Source: Acidobacteriota bacterium (GTDB taxonomy: Bacteria; Acidobacteriota; CAIWXX01). Taken from it: a stretch of 64,000 bases of DNA. Made by a program: the position numbers and the translations under genes. Below are positions 1-8,911 of this stretch, piece by piece. Every line of letters begins with the position of its first letter. The first letter of the stretch is position 1. The notes below the pieces were generated by a model. That model was not told the DNA's origin. It was given only the letters and a program-made list of their open reading frames with translations, and did not search any database. The stretch spans positions 1,593-65,592 of the forward strand of contig JBFMAF010000038.1 of NCBI GenBank assembly GCA_040755995.1, read 5' to 3'.

Positions 1-171
1 CCGCCATTCTACCGCGGTGAAGCGCCGCTCGGACTCGGTGCTTCGTCCTGTGTAATCGCCGGTCCAGACGCGGCCGCCCAGCCGTCAAGCGCTCGAAGGC
101 GAGGACGGCGCAGCTGCGGTTGACACGCCGTTCGGCCTGGGGCTAGGATCGCGATCGGAGAGGCTTCCCGA

Positions 172-3100
172 GTGGTCGTGTCGTCGCGAGTCCTGTGCGT
201 GTCATTGTTCGGGGGGCTGCTCATCGGCTCCGTCGCGCAGGCCGCGCGGCTCCCGATCAAGACGTATACGACGGCGGACGGGCTGGCCCGTGACCACGTG
301 AATCACATCCTCTGTGATTCGAAAGGCTACGTGTGGCTCTGCACCACGGAGGGACTCTCCCGATACGACGGGTACGAATTCAGGAACTATGGTATTGCCA
401 ACGGCCTACCACATCCGTCTGTCTCGGACATTGTGGAGGCCGGGGAGGGCCGCTACTGGGTGGCCACCGGAGGCGGACTGTGTCTGTTCGACGCCGTACG
501 AGGCGGGAAGTTCACAGTCTACAGGCCGGAGGAGACTGGAGGCGGCAGGTATGTCGGCACGATCAGACGGAGTCGGTTCGGGTGGCTGTGGTGTGCCACG
601 AGTGCCGGGCTCTTCAAGATGCAGCAGTACGGAGACAGGATGCAGTTCGAGAAGGTGGACTTCGGAATTCCACCACTAGCCTGGGAAGGCCCACGTGTGC
701 TCGACATCGTCGAAGATCGCTCGGGACGCCTGTGGATTGCAGCTGAGGGGGAGCTCCACAGATATGACAGCAAGACTCGCACCGCCGCCCGCATCCCCGG
801 CTTCGCCCCTCCCTCCAACGGCGTCGGTGTCCTCTTCGCGGACCGCGATGGCCGCATCTGGGTGGGGACGACGAACGGAGTCTATGTGCTGGCCCTGGAT
901 GCCGGAGGTGAGGCCCGGCTGGAGCGTTCCTGGGAAGCGGCGCAGCTGCCGCTGATGTCCCACATCACGTCGCTGTTCCAGTCTTCCGACGGCACCATCT
1001 GGGTGGGAGCCTTCCGCGGGCTGACATCGTTCCGTCCGGATGCAGATGCCGGCGGATTCGACCTGCGGTCCTACACGAAAGCCAACGGCCTCAGCGATGT
1101 GGGAATCTCGAGTCTCGCCGAAGATAGAGACGGCAACCTGTGGGTCGGTACGGAGGTCGGCGGGGTGATGAAGATCTCGCAGAGCGGGTTCGTCTCCTAC
1201 GACCAGGCCGACGGGCTGGGAGGCACTCGGATCGATGCGATCTTCGAAGACCTGCAGGGCGATCTCTGTGTCTACACGACACATCTGGACAACATCACAA
1301 TATCGAGGTGGACGGGAAGCGGCTTCCGAGTCACCCGACCGAATCTCCCTCGCGGGATCACGTACACAGGGTGGGGCACTCACCAGCTCGCTCTCCAGGA
1401 CCACACCGGCGAATGGTGGATACCCACCGGGCAGGGGCTGTGTCGCTACCCGCGGGCGTCGAGCCCAGATGCCTTGGCGACGATGCCGCCCAAGGCGGTC
1501 ATGACATCTCGGGATGGACTGCCGGTAGACGAGATCTTCCGGCTCCACGAAGACCCTACCGGGGACATCTGGATTGGAACGATTGGCCCCACCGCGGGCA
1601 ACCTGAGTTGCTGGCACCGGGAGAGCGGGAAGCTCCAGCGCTACGTCGAAGGGGTTCCTCCGGAAGCGCCGACGGCGTTCCGCGAGGATCGCGCGGGCAA
1701 CCTCTGGATCGGCTTCTACCTCAGAGGTCTTGCGCGCCGTCGAGGAGAACGCTTCGACAGGTTCACAGAGAAGGAAGGCGCCCCAGCCGGCTTCATCTTC
1801 GATCTTTTCCTAGACAGCCAGGGCCGGATGTGGGTGGCAAGCCACCGCGGCGGGGTGGCGCGGATCGACGAGCCGGGCGCGCAGCACCCGAGCTTCACGC
1901 GATACACGACGCGCGAGGGTCTCTCGAGCAACGATGTACGCTGCATCACGGAGGACCGATACGGGCGGATCTACGTCGGCACCGGACGCGGCGTCGACCG
2001 GCTGGATCCGCGAACTGGACGAATCCGGCACTACACGACGGCCGACGGCCTGGCCTCCAGCGAGCAGCAGGTCGCATACAGGGATCGCAATGGAGTGCTT
2101 TGGTTCGGTACGATGGCTGGCCTGAGCCGCCTCGACCCGGCTCCCGACCCGCCATGCACTCCACCGCCGATCCTGATCCAGGGGATCCGGATCAGCGGCG
2201 AAGCCCTTCCGATTTCAGAGCTGGGAGAATCGGAAGTAGCGGCACTCGAGCTGGGTCCGACACAAAACCGCATCCAGCTCGACTTCATCGGGCTGGGCTT
2301 CGCAGCAGGAGAAGTCCTCCGCTACCAGTGGAGACTGGATGGGGCCGACCCTGACTGGGGAAGTCCTTCGCCCAGCCGATCGGTCAACTACGCACGACTC
2401 GCACCAGGCCGCTACCGGTTCCTTGTGCGCGCGGTGAGCTCCGACGGATCGACCAGCACCTCCCCCGCGTCCGTCTCCTTCGTGGTCTTGCCACCCATAT
2501 GGCGACGCTGGTGGTTCATCTCAGTCGCCGTCGTGTTCTCCGCTTCAGCATTGCTCACTGCGAATCATCTTCGGGTCAAGCGATTGCTCGAGCTCGAACG
2601 GGTGCGCACCAGGATCGCCACCGACCTCCATGACGACATCGGCGCGAGCCTTTCGCAGATCACCATTCTGAGCGAGGTGCTCCGGAAGAAGACCGGCGAT
2701 CAGGAGATCGAGTTCTCCGGGCCGCTCGATCAGATCGCCAAGACCTCGCGCGAGCTGATGGAGGCCATGAGCGACATCGTCTGGGCGATCAACCCGCGCA
2801 GAGACCGCCTCAGCGACCTCGTCATCAGGATGCGGCGCTTCGCAAGCGACATGCTCGCCTCCCGCGGAATCGCGCTGCGAATGGATGTGCCTGACAGCAG
2901 CCACGGCGACACGGCTCTCGGGGCGGACCTCAGACGGCACGTGCTGCTGATCTTCAAGGAGGGTGTCAACAACATCGTCCGCCACTCGAAGTGCGGAGAG
3001 GTGTCGATAGCGATGAGGATTCACGGCGGGTGGCTCAGCCTGCTGCTACGGGACGACGGCACGGGATTCGATCTTGGTAGCACGACCGGGCACGGACAAG

Positions 3101-3255
3101 GGCTGGCCAGCATGCGCGCGCGAGCGTCGAGCATGGGTGGCTGCCTCGACATCCGCTCGCGACCCGGCGGCGGGACCGAGATCGAGCTGCGGGTCCCTGT
3201 CGCCGGCCGCCCACACAGATGGGACCTCGGCGGGGCGCAGGCCCGGCCACAGTGA
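172..3255 (+). CDS. Sensor histidine kinase with N-terminal signal peptide, a long periplasmic region of two-component-regulator beta-propeller/Y_Y_Y-type repeats (repeated W..GT..GL..Y/F motifs), a TM helix, a HisKA_3-type dimerisation box (RIATDLHDDIGASLSQI) and HATPase_c (GHGQGLASMRARA...GG)
   Basis: 1027-aa ORF. Repeated 'RxWxGTxxGL' propeller motifs. H-box of NarX/DegS (HisKA_3) type. G1/G2 ATP-lid motifs near the C-terminus. Followed by a NarL-type response regulator. Confidence 0.8.
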   Translation: MVVSSRVLCVSLFGGLLIGSVAQAARLPIKTYTTADGLARDHVNHILCDSKGYVWLCTTEGLSRYDGYEFRNYGIANGLPHPSVSDIVEAGEGRYWVATGGGLCLFDAVRGGKFTVYRPEETGGGRYVGTIRRSRFGWLWCATSAGLFKMQQYGDRMQFEKVDFGIPPLAWEGPRVLDIVEDRSGRLWIAAEGELHRYDSKTRTAARIPGFAPPSNGVGVLFADRDGRIWVGTTNGVYVLALDAGGEARLERSWEAAQLPLMSHITSLFQSSDGTIWVGAFRGLTSFRPDADAGGFDLRSYTKANGLSDVGISSLAEDRDGNLWVGTEVGGVMKISQSGFVSYDQADGLGGTRIDAIFEDLQGDLCVYTTHLDNITISRWTGSGFRVTRPNLPRGITYTGWGTHQLALQDHTGEWWIPTGQGLCRYPRASSPDALATMPPKAVMTSRDGLPVDEIFRLHEDPTGDIWIGTIGPTAGNLSCWHRESGKLQRYVEGVPPEAPTAFREDRAGNLWIGFYLRGLARRRGERFDRFTEKEGAPAGFIFDLFLDSQGRMWVASHRGGVARIDEPGAQHPSFTRYTTREGLSSNDVRCITEDRYGRIYVGTGRGVDRLDPRTGRIRHYTTADGLASSEQQVAYRDRNGVLWFGTMAGLSRLDPAPDPPCTPPPILIQGIRISGEALPISELGESEVAALELGPTQNRIQLDFIGLGFAAGEVLRYQWRLDGADPDWGSPSPSRSVNYARLAPGRYRFLVRAVSSDGSTSTSPASVSFVVLPPIWRRWWFISVAVVFSASALLTANHLRVKRLLELERVRTRIATDLHDDIGASLSQITILSEVLRKKTGDQEIEFSGPLDQIAKTSRELMEAMSDIVWAINPRRDRLSDLVIRMRRFASDMLASRGIALRMDVPDSSHGDTALGADLRRHVLLIFKEGVNNIVRHSKCGEVSIAMRIHGGWLSLLLRDDGTGFDLGSTTGHGQGLASMRARASSMGGCLDIRSRPGGGTEIELRVPVAGRPHRWDLGGAQARPQ

Positions 3256-3361
3256 TCGACAACCCCACCTGAACAGGTGGTGACGGGCGAGTGAGTGCGC
3301 ACTATACTGGGAACGTAGAACGGTCGGGGACGGCACTCGCGACAGCAGGAGGAGCCCAGCC

Positions 3362-4045
3362 GTGAGGGAGAGAGCGGGAGTCGGCGGGAGGGAGACGCGG
3401 GAGGACGGGCTCATCCGCGTGACCGTCATCGAGGACCAGCAGCCGATCCGGGACGGGCTCTGCATGCTCATCGCGGGCACACCGGGCTTCGTCTGCGCCG
3501 GCAGCTACGAGTCGATGGAAGCGGCCCTTGCGGGCATCGACCGGGCTGTGCCCGACATCGCCATGGTGGACATCGCGCTCCCAGGAATGACAGGCATCGA
3601 AGGGATCCGGTTGCTCAAGCAGCGACACCCGAACCTGGTCGCGCTCATGCTGACGGTGTACGACGACGATGAGCGCATCTTCGATGCGCTGTGCGCAGGG
3701 GCCTGCGGCTACATGCTCAAGAACACGCCGCCGGCGCGGTTGCTGGAGTCGATCCGTGAGGCCGTCGATGGTGGCGCGCCGATGTCACCCGAGGTCGCGC
3801 GGCGCGTGATCGAGCTGTTCCGCCAGGTGCGGCCGCCTGCGAGCGCCGAGCACGACCTGACTCCGCATGAGCGACGTCTCCTCAAGATGCTCGTCGAAGG
3901 GCACAACTACACGACCGCCGCCCAGGAGCTCGGTGTCAGCATCAACACGATCTCGTTCCACATGCGGCACATCTACGACAAGCTGCACGTGCACTCCAAG
4001 TCGCAGGCCGTGGCGAAGGCTCTCCGCGACGGCCTCGTGAAGTAG
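3362..4045 (+). CDS. Response regulator, NarL/FixJ (LuxR-HTH) family. The true start may be the internal GTG near 3420 (VTVIEDQQ).
   Basis: REC motifs (VIEDQ..., acceptor Asp in MVDIALPGMTG, LTVYDD, K in CGYMLK). C-terminal LuxR HTH (LTPHERRLLKMLVEGHNYTTAAQELGVSINTISFHMRHIYDKLHV). Confidence 0.85.
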   Translation: MRERAGVGGRETREDGLIRVTVIEDQQPIRDGLCMLIAGTPGFVCAGSYESMEAALAGIDRAVPDIAMVDIALPGMTGIEGIRLLKQRHPNLVALMLTVYDDDERIFDALCAGACGYMLKNTPPARLLESIREAVDGGAPMSPEVARRVIELFRQVRPPASAEHDLTPHERRLLKMLVEGHNYTTAAQELGVSINTISFHMRHIYDKLHVHSKSQAVAKALRDGLVK

Positions 4046-4064
4046 CCCGCGATTAGCTCGTGGT

Positions 4065-4080
4065 GACGCCGCGCGGCGTC
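4065..4080. terminator. GC-rich 16-nt perfect palindrome (GACGCCGCGCGGCGTC) just downstream of the response regulator. Possible terminator stem or protein site; no U-tract.
   Basis: Perfect inverted repeat read directly from the sequence, 20 nt after the stop codon. Confidence 0.25.
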
Positions 4081-4149
4081 GCACGCACGTCCGGCTCGGG
4101 CGTCCATCCTCGTCACAAAGCCACCTGTACATGTGGCGACAACGCGCCT

Positions 4150-4218
4150 GAGCCGCGCGATCATTTCAGAGGATATCGACGAGGCAACCGACTCATCGTG
4201 AAGTGAGGAGGAAATACG
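4150..4218 (+). repeat. Conserved about 70-nt 5' leader/promoter-proximal segment shared with 7030-7093 (about 85% identity). It includes the RBS AGGAGG and is followed by the conserved N-terminus MRHKH.
   Basis: Direct comparison of the two upstream regions: tttcaga(g/c)gatatcgacgagg...atcgt(g/c)aagtgaggagga. Confidence 0.7.
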
Positions 4219-5928
4219 ATGCGCCACAAACACTTTCCTATGCCAGAGCACCTTCATGCAATGGCCGGCATGCTCACCGCCGCGTGCGTGGTGCTCGGGC
4301 TCTGCGTGGTGGCTCTGTCCGGAGCGAGCAGCGACTTGCCGGCGCGATCGGCAGCAGACAGCCACATCGTCGGGATCGATCGGGGCGCACGGAATGGCCA
4401 GCCCAATCCGGACTCGCCCTTCGTAGTCGACGGTGAGCTGGTGTGGAACACGTTCCTCGGCAGCGCCGCGTTGGACGGGGCTGAGACCGTCGCCGTCGAC
4501 CCGAGTGGGAACGTGTATGTGGCGGGCATCAGCGGTGCCACCTGGGGCACGCCCGTGAGACCCTTTTCCGGCAGCAGTGATGCCTTCGTGGCCAAGCTGG
4601 ATCCGAACGGGACCGTGCTGTGGAGCACATTCCTGGGTGGAGCTGGATCCGACGGTGCCTCCGGCATCGCTGTGGACGCCTTCGGGATCACCTACGTGGT
4701 GGGTAGAAGCAAGGCCACCTGGGGTACGCCGGTCAGGCCATATGCCTCCGGCGATGACATCTTCGTGGCGAAGCTGGACCCGAGTGGGGCACTCCTCTGG
4801 AACACCTTCCTCGGCGGTGTGAACGAGGACTGGGGCCTTCGCGTAGCCGCGGACGCCTTTGGGAATTCCTGCGTGGCCGGTCAGAGCAGCGGCACGTGGG
4901 GCTCGCCGGTCAGGCCTTACACGGCTGGGTACGACGGCTTCGTGGCGAAGCTCGACGCCGCCGGGTCTCTCCTCTGGAACACCTTCCTCGGCGGCACGGC
5001 AGGGGACGGTGCCACGGGCGTGGCTCTGGATGGTTCCGGCAACACGTACATCTCCGGTTCTAGCTATGCCGGATGGGGCTCCCCGGTCAGGCCATACTCG
5101 GGCACTCCGGATGCTTTCGCGGCCAAGATGGATCCGAACGGACTGCTCGTCTGGAACACCTTCCTGGGTGGAGGAGGGTGGGCCACGGGCGAGGGTATTG
5201 ATGTCGACACCTCAGGCACCGCGTACGTGGTGGGCGACAGCGGCGGCACCTGGGGCTCGCCCGTGAGGCCGTACACGGCTGGGTCGGATTCCTTCGCTGC
5301 CAGGCTGGACGCCAACGGGCTTCTCGTCTGGACCACATTCATGGGCGGCGCCGTCGATGATCGCGGGCGAGCGATCCAACTCGGCGGCACCGGGAGTGTC
5401 TGCGTCGTAGGCAAGAGCGACGGCACATGGGGATCACCTCTGAGGCCGTACACAGCAGACGCCGACGCGATCGCGGTGAAGCTCCATGCCGATGGATCAC
5501 TCATCTGGAACACATTCATCGGCGGCACCGGACGAGACTTCGGCTACGGGATCGCGCTGGACAGCACAGAGGACATGCACCTGGTGGGCTACAGCAAGGC
5601 GAGCTGGGGCACGCCTGTGAGGCCCTATACGGCGGACGCAGACGTGTTCGTCGCAACGCTCGCGCATGCTCCGCCCGGTCCGACCGTCACGCAGATCAAG
5701 TCCAAGAAAGCGACCCGCGGCAGCGCAGCGACGATCATCGGCACGGGCTTCTCGACGAAGAAGACGGACAACGTCGTCTACTTCGGCAAGAAGAAGGCCG
5801 ATGTGAAGAGGGCCACTGCCAAGAGGCTCAGTGTGAAGATTCCGACGAAGTGCAAGAAGGGAAAGAACAGCGTGTACGTCGTCGTGAAGGGCGTCAAGAG
5901 CAACGTCGTGACATTCACGGTGAAGTAG
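4219..5928 (+). CDS. Secreted SBBP beta-propeller-repeat protein (about 10 repeats of 'WNTFLGG..D.G.GIAVD..GN.YV.G.S...WG.PVRPY.G..DAFVAKLD..G') with a C-terminal IPT/TIG-like domain
   Basis: Signal/TM-like N-terminus. Highly regular roughly 50-aa repeats typical of the SBBP (Acidobacteria-type) repeat. C-terminal 85 aa 'PPGPTVTQIKSKKATRGSAATIIGTGF...VVKGVKSNVVTFTVK'. Confidence 0.75.
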   Translation: MRHKHFPMPEHLHAMAGMLTAACVVLGLCVVALSGASSDLPARSAADSHIVGIDRGARNGQPNPDSPFVVDGELVWNTFLGSAALDGAETVAVDPSGNVYVAGISGATWGTPVRPFSGSSDAFVAKLDPNGTVLWSTFLGGAGSDGASGIAVDAFGITYVVGRSKATWGTPVRPYASGDDIFVAKLDPSGALLWNTFLGGVNEDWGLRVAADAFGNSCVAGQSSGTWGSPVRPYTAGYDGFVAKLDAAGSLLWNTFLGGTAGDGATGVALDGSGNTYISGSSYAGWGSPVRPYSGTPDAFAAKMDPNGLLVWNTFLGGGGWATGEGIDVDTSGTAYVVGDSGGTWGSPVRPYTAGSDSFAARLDANGLLVWTTFMGGAVDDRGRAIQLGGTGSVCVVGKSDGTWGSPLRPYTADADAIAVKLHADGSLIWNTFIGGTGRDFGYGIALDSTEDMHLVGYSKASWGTPVRPYTADADVFVATLAHAPPGPTVTQIKSKKATRGSAATIIGTGFSTKKTDNVVYFGKKKADVKRATAKRLSVKIPTKCKKGKNSVYVVVKGVKSNVVTFTVK

Positions 5929-5976
5929 GACCGTGGCGGTGAAGCCAATCCCGATCGTCAAAATGGAGGTCAAGCA

Positions 5977-6888
5977 ATGAAACGATTGAGTCTCGGTGGA
6001 GGAATCGCGGTTGGATTCGTGCTCTCGCTGGCGCTCGGATCGCCGGCCATGGGAGCAGAGGAGAAAGGCGGCGGCTCTGTCCAAAGCCTGAACGGCCTGA
6101 AAGGCAAGCTGAACCTCGCGGGAGGTCTGGGCACATCGATCGCCAAAACCAATCGCAAGACCCTGACCATCACCGGCCTCACCTTCCCGTACTCGGCGCC
6201 GGTGTCCACGACTTTGCCTTCATTCCAGGTCACGAACAACGTCCCCGCCGGGCACTCTAGCATCGCCATCAAAGCCGAGGTCAAAGGCTACGGCACGGCC
6301 ATCGACGCCACCGACAACACGGGCCTGCCCTCCGGCTGCGCATTGCGTGCCTACTCTGGATGCGGTTACGCCCTCGACGCCTGGGGGAACGTTGGCGTCT
6401 ATGGGAACGTTGACCTCAGCGGCACTCTTTCCAAGGGCGCCGGCTCCTTCAAGATCGACCATCCGCTGGATCCGGAGAACAAGTATCTGTACCACTCTTT
6501 CGTCGAGTCGCCGGACATGATGAACATCTACAACGGCAACGCCGTCCTCGACGAGAACGGAGAGGCGACCATCGAGATGCCGGAGTGGTTTGGTGCGCTC
6601 AACCGGGATTTTCGGTATCAGCTCACGTGCATCGGCGGCTTCGCTCCGGTCTACATAGCCGAGAGGATGCATGGGAACCGTTTCAAGATCGCCGGGGGTC
6701 AAGCGGGCTTGGAGGTTTCCTGGCAGGTCACCGGCATCCGCAAGGATCCTTTCGCCAACGCGCACCGCATTCCGGTGGAAGAGGAAAAGCCGGATGAAGA
6801 GCGTGGGTATTACCTGCATCCTCGCGAGGCGGGGCAGCCGGAGGAGCTCGGGATCTTGTGGAGACAGCGATCTGACAGCGTGCGTTGA
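5977..6888 (+). CDS. Secreted protein (signal peptide MKRLSLGGGIAVGFVLSLALGSPAMG) with a conserved C-terminal domain carrying the motif DHPLDPENKYLYHSFVESPDMMNIYNGNAVLDENGEATIEMPEWFGALNRDFRYQLT. Family not resolved (reminiscent of tail-fibre/adhesin-like surface protein C-domains).
   Basis: 303-aa ORF with signal peptide and a good RBS (GGAGGTCAAGCAATG). Inserted between two SBBP paralogs. Confidence 0.55.
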   Translation: MKRLSLGGGIAVGFVLSLALGSPAMGAEEKGGGSVQSLNGLKGKLNLAGGLGTSIAKTNRKTLTITGLTFPYSAPVSTTLPSFQVTNNVPAGHSSIAIKAEVKGYGTAIDATDNTGLPSGCALRAYSGCGYALDAWGNVGVYGNVDLSGTLSKGAGSFKIDHPLDPENKYLYHSFVESPDMMNIYNGNAVLDENGEATIEMPEWFGALNRDFRYQLTCIGGFAPVYIAERMHGNRFKIAGGQAGLEVSWQVTGIRKDPFANAHRIPVEEEKPDEERGYYLHPREAGQPEELGILWRQRSDSVR

Positions 6889-7029
6889 TGACCGCGCAGT
6901 CCATGCAGGCTTGGATAGGGCATGCTCATCGCCGAGAAGCCGGGATTCCCTGCGCCGCTCTTTCCTCTCGCCGCACGGGTCTTCGTGATCACAGCGCGAA
7001 CGGTGCATGCGCCGCAGTGCGATTGAGTC

Positions 7030-7093
7030 TCCCGATCCTTTCAGACGATATCGACGAGGTAGCTGATTGATCGTCAAGTGAGGAGGACATCCG
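7030..7093 (+). repeat. Second copy of the conserved SBBP-gene 5' leader (see 4150-4218)
   Basis: About 85% identity to 4150-4218, including RBS and spacing to ATG. Confidence 0.7.
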
Positions 7094-8782
7094 ATGCGTC
7101 ACAAACACTCTCCCGTCCAAGAGAACGCTTGTGCAATGACCCGCATGGTCACCGCGGCCTGCGTGGTGCTTGGCCTTCTTGTGGCGGCGCCACCCGATGC
7201 GAGAGGCGATCCACCGGCGCGATCCGCTCGGGGCGCAGTGAATGGCCGCGCCAATCCCCACTCGCCCCTCGTGGCCGACGGCGAGCTCGTCTGGAACACC
7301 TTCCTGGGTGGAGCGGACTATGACGAAGTGTGGGCGATCGCAGTGGACAGTGCCGGATGCTCATACGTGGTGGGCAGATGCGGCGCTAGTTGGGGCTCCC
7401 CGGTCAGACCCTACACAGCGAGCCTGGATGGCTTCGTTGCGAAGATTGATGCGCACGGGGCACTGCTGTGGAACACCTTCCTGGGGGGTTCCAGCTATGA
7501 CTCGGTCAACAGGATCGCCCTGGACGGCGCCGGGAACGTATATGTAGTGGGCGACAGCCAGGCGACCTGGGGCCTGCCACTACGGCCATACACAGCCATG
7601 AGTGATGCCTTCGCGGCGAAGCTGACCCCGAGCGGTGCGCTCCTCTGGAGCACGTTCCTCGGCGGCTCCGCAAATGACGGCGGCTACGGGATCGCCGTGG
7701 ACAGTGCCGGGAGTCCCTGCGTGGCCGGCACGAGCGGCGCGGCTTGGGGCTCCCCGGTCAGGCCCTACACGGCGAACCAGGATGGCTTCGTTGCGAGACT
7801 CGATACCAACGGATCGATCTTGTGGAACAGCTTCATGGGCGGGGGCTCCTGGGAATCGTGCAGCCAGGTCGCATTGAATGGGAGTGGAGCTGCGTACGTC
7901 TTGGGCCAGAGCCCGGCGAGCTGGGGATCGCCCGTAAGACCGTACACCGGAGGCGACGACATGTTCGCGGCGGAACTGGATGCGGGCGGGTCACTCGTGT
8001 GGAACACGTTCCTCGGCGGAGGCGGGAGCGATAGAGCCGGCGACATCGCCGTGAACGCGGGCGGGGTGGTATCCCTTGTGGGAACAAGCGATGCCAGCTG
8101 GGGCTCGCCCGTCAGGCCGTACTCTGCGGACAAGGATGCCGTCGCAGTCAGATTGAACGCGGCGACCAGGGCGCTCGTCTGGAGCACGTTCCTCGGCGGA
8201 GGCGGAGATGACCGTGGATGGGGGATCGCACTGGATAGCGACGGGAACGCATACGTTGCCGGTCCCTCGGCAACTGCCTGGGGTACGCCGGTCAGACCAT
8301 ACAGCGGATACTACGACGCTGTCGCGACGAAGCTGGATGTGAACGGAGCGGTAGTGTGGAACTCGTTCCTCGGGAGCGTCGCAGTCGACGCCGGAACCGG
8401 CGTCGCCCTGAACGGCACTGGTGATGTCTACGTGGCAGGTCACAGCGAAGCCACGTGGGGTGCACCTGCCAGCCCCTACACGGGGAACACCGACGGGTTC
8501 GTCGCCAAGCTGGCGCATGTTCCTCCGGGTCCCACGATCACGCAGATCAAGTCCGAGAAAGCAACTCGCGGCAGCGCAGCGACGATCATCGGCACAGGCT
8601 TCTCCACGAAGAAGACCGACAACGTCGTCTACTTCGGCAAGAAGAAGGCCGACGTGAAGCGGGCGCGAACGACCCGGCTCCAGGTGACCATCCCGAACAA
8701 CTGCAAGAAGGGGAAGAACAACGTGTACGTCGTCGTCAAGAGCGTCAAGAGCAACGTCATGACATTCACAGTGAAGAAGTAG
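7094..8782 (+). CDS. Secreted SBBP beta-propeller-repeat protein with C-terminal IPT/TIG-like domain (paralog of 4219-5928)
   Basis: Same N-terminus (MRHKHSP...), same repeat architecture, and a near-identical C-terminal about 250-bp coding segment (8521-8779 vs 5675-5925). Confidence 0.75.
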   Translation: MRHKHSPVQENACAMTRMVTAACVVLGLLVAAPPDARGDPPARSARGAVNGRANPHSPLVADGELVWNTFLGGADYDEVWAIAVDSAGCSYVVGRCGASWGSPVRPYTASLDGFVAKIDAHGALLWNTFLGGSSYDSVNRIALDGAGNVYVVGDSQATWGLPLRPYTAMSDAFAAKLTPSGALLWSTFLGGSANDGGYGIAVDSAGSPCVAGTSGAAWGSPVRPYTANQDGFVARLDTNGSILWNSFMGGGSWESCSQVALNGSGAAYVLGQSPASWGSPVRPYTGGDDMFAAELDAGGSLVWNTFLGGGGSDRAGDIAVNAGGVVSLVGTSDASWGSPVRPYSADKDAVAVRLNAATRALVWSTFLGGGGDDRGWGIALDSDGNAYVAGPSATAWGTPVRPYSGYYDAVATKLDVNGAVVWNSFLGSVAVDAGTGVALNGTGDVYVAGHSEATWGAPASPYTGNTDGFVAKLAHVPPGPTITQIKSEKATRGSAATIIGTGFSTKKTDNVVYFGKKKADVKRARTTRLQVTIPNNCKKGKNNVYVVVKSVKSNVMTFTVKK

Positions 8783-8911
8783 GAGTGTGCCGGTGTGCAG
8801 GCAGCGGGGCTTCTTCGCGATGTGGGGCTCCGAACAGCAGATGGGTTGGATGAGCGCCCCGTGTGCCCGTCTGGTACAGCCGGGGACCTACCAACTCTGG
8901 GAGGAGATCCA

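Noticed and set aside
676-1617. 313-aa minus-strand ORF (and several others of 60-400 aa) lying antisense within the histidine-kinase gene
   Set aside because: Entirely overlapped by a far longer ORF with clear domain content. Arg/Pro/Gly-rich antisense translation is typical of high-GC spurious ORFs.
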